A stretch of DNA of 64,000 nt from Paramoeba atlantica (lineage: Eukaryota > Protista > Discosea): contig CDRNVI010000020.1 of the NCBI GenBank assembly GCA_977017575.1, forward strand, positions 310,001-374,000. Direction: 5' to 3'. The translations under genes were made by a program, and so were the position numbers. Each line of letters opens with the position of its first letter. Position 1 is the stretch's first letter. Below, in pieces: positions 63,337 to 64,000 of the stretch. The notes below the pieces were generated by a model that was given only the letters and a program-made list of their open reading frames with translations, was not told where the DNA came from and did not search any database.

Positions 63337-64000
63337 ATGGCTTTTTCTGGTGACTCGAATATAATTGGCTTCCGTACGATGTTAGGTGCAGCCGACACTT
63401 CTACTTCCAGAGCGGGGAAGGTACGAGGGCAATATCTTCCTCCTGAGGTTGAACTTTCACGTTTCGTCCGCTTCGTTCAAAACCCTCATCCTACGTGGAA
63501 GGCAAACAAATCTATTAAGGAATGGGTCGGAGTGCAGACTACAGACGCAGGATTTGAAATACTTTGGGGTGGCTTCGAACTAAGGGGTCGGGTTGATTGG
63601 TCCCATCTTCCGCTCTCAACCGTCAAACTATATATTGGCAAAGGTATCCGTCGAGGAAAATTGCGAGACAATCGACTCCAGGACATGATTGATTTTTCTG
63701 TACTCCCGCATGAGTTAAAAGAGTTTTCTGTTGAGTCTGATCTTAGAGGGGATTTCTTTGGAGCACTGGATTTTACTCGGCTGCCCCCAAAACTGTACGG
63801 TCTCAACATAGAACACAATCGGTTTGATGGGATCATTGATCTTACGCAACTTCCTCCAAATATTGAGTACGCTTGGCTAGCATACAATTTCTTTTCTGGT
63901 AGAGTCAACTTTTCTATGCTTCCACGGAGCCTTAATGTCTTGAGCTTGAGTAGAAATACTCTATTCTACAGTAGTAGGCCTAAATGCGTTGAGATTTATA
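63337..64000 (+). CDS. LRR family protein 13, 3' partial (not in the ORF track because it runs off the window)
   Basis: ATG 63337 is open to the edge: SRAGKVRGQYLPPEVELSRF..NPHPTW cap plus LRRs. Confidence 0.88.
   Translation, partial: MAFSGDSNIIGFRTMLGAADTSTSRAGKVRGQYLPPEVELSRFVRFVQNPHPTWKANKSIKEWVGVQTTDAGFEILWGGFELRGRVDWSHLPLSTVKLYIGKGIRRGKLRDNRLQDMIDFSVLPHELKEFSVESDLRGDFFGALDFTRLPPKLYGLNIEHNRFDGIIDLTQLPPNIEYAWLAYNFFSGRVNFSMLPRSLNVLSLSRNTLFYSSRPKCVEIY

Noticed and set aside
1-64000. Fanzor/TnpB or Helitron Rep-helicase ORF mobilising the hairpin elements
   Set aside because: No RuvC/zinc-ribbon or HUH/helicase motifs were found in any ORF in this window.

Overview
Eukaryotic, intron-poor DNA in which every recognisable host gene lies on the + strand (polycistronic-style layout). 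An RNA-editing KREPA-type protein (2x C2H2 + OB fold), a kinetoplastid-style SMC2 N-terminus and a large family of short LRR proteins point to a kinetoplastid, most plausibly a Perkinsela-like lineage (inference, no database search run). Housekeeping genes: CLP1-like (5' partial), bL32m-like, cyclophilin, EMC8/9-like, KREPA-like, SMYD/SET, mt-IF3-like, EBP2, NTF2+RRM (G3BP-like), V-ATPase E, SMC2, RBBP6/Mpe1-like, MAM33-like. They are interspersed with 13 LRR genes or pseudogenes plus one LRR gene fragment. A roughly 18 kb block (25.5-43.5 kb) lacks housekeeping genes and is packed with mobile DNA: a bacterial IS30-type remnant, pogo and Tc1 transposase pseudogenes, several TA-flanked MITEs, tyrosine-recombinase and LINE fragments, and a foldback locus (central core, inverted arms with tRNA-like Pol III boxes, E-box-rich higher-order satellite). 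A family of TIR-less elements with a hairpin at each end occurs about 10 times. One LRR gene is split by a 478 bp insertion whose exact removal restores the frame. Many genes carry a GC-rich island that switches from C-rich to G-rich. All alignments and counts were made by eye.
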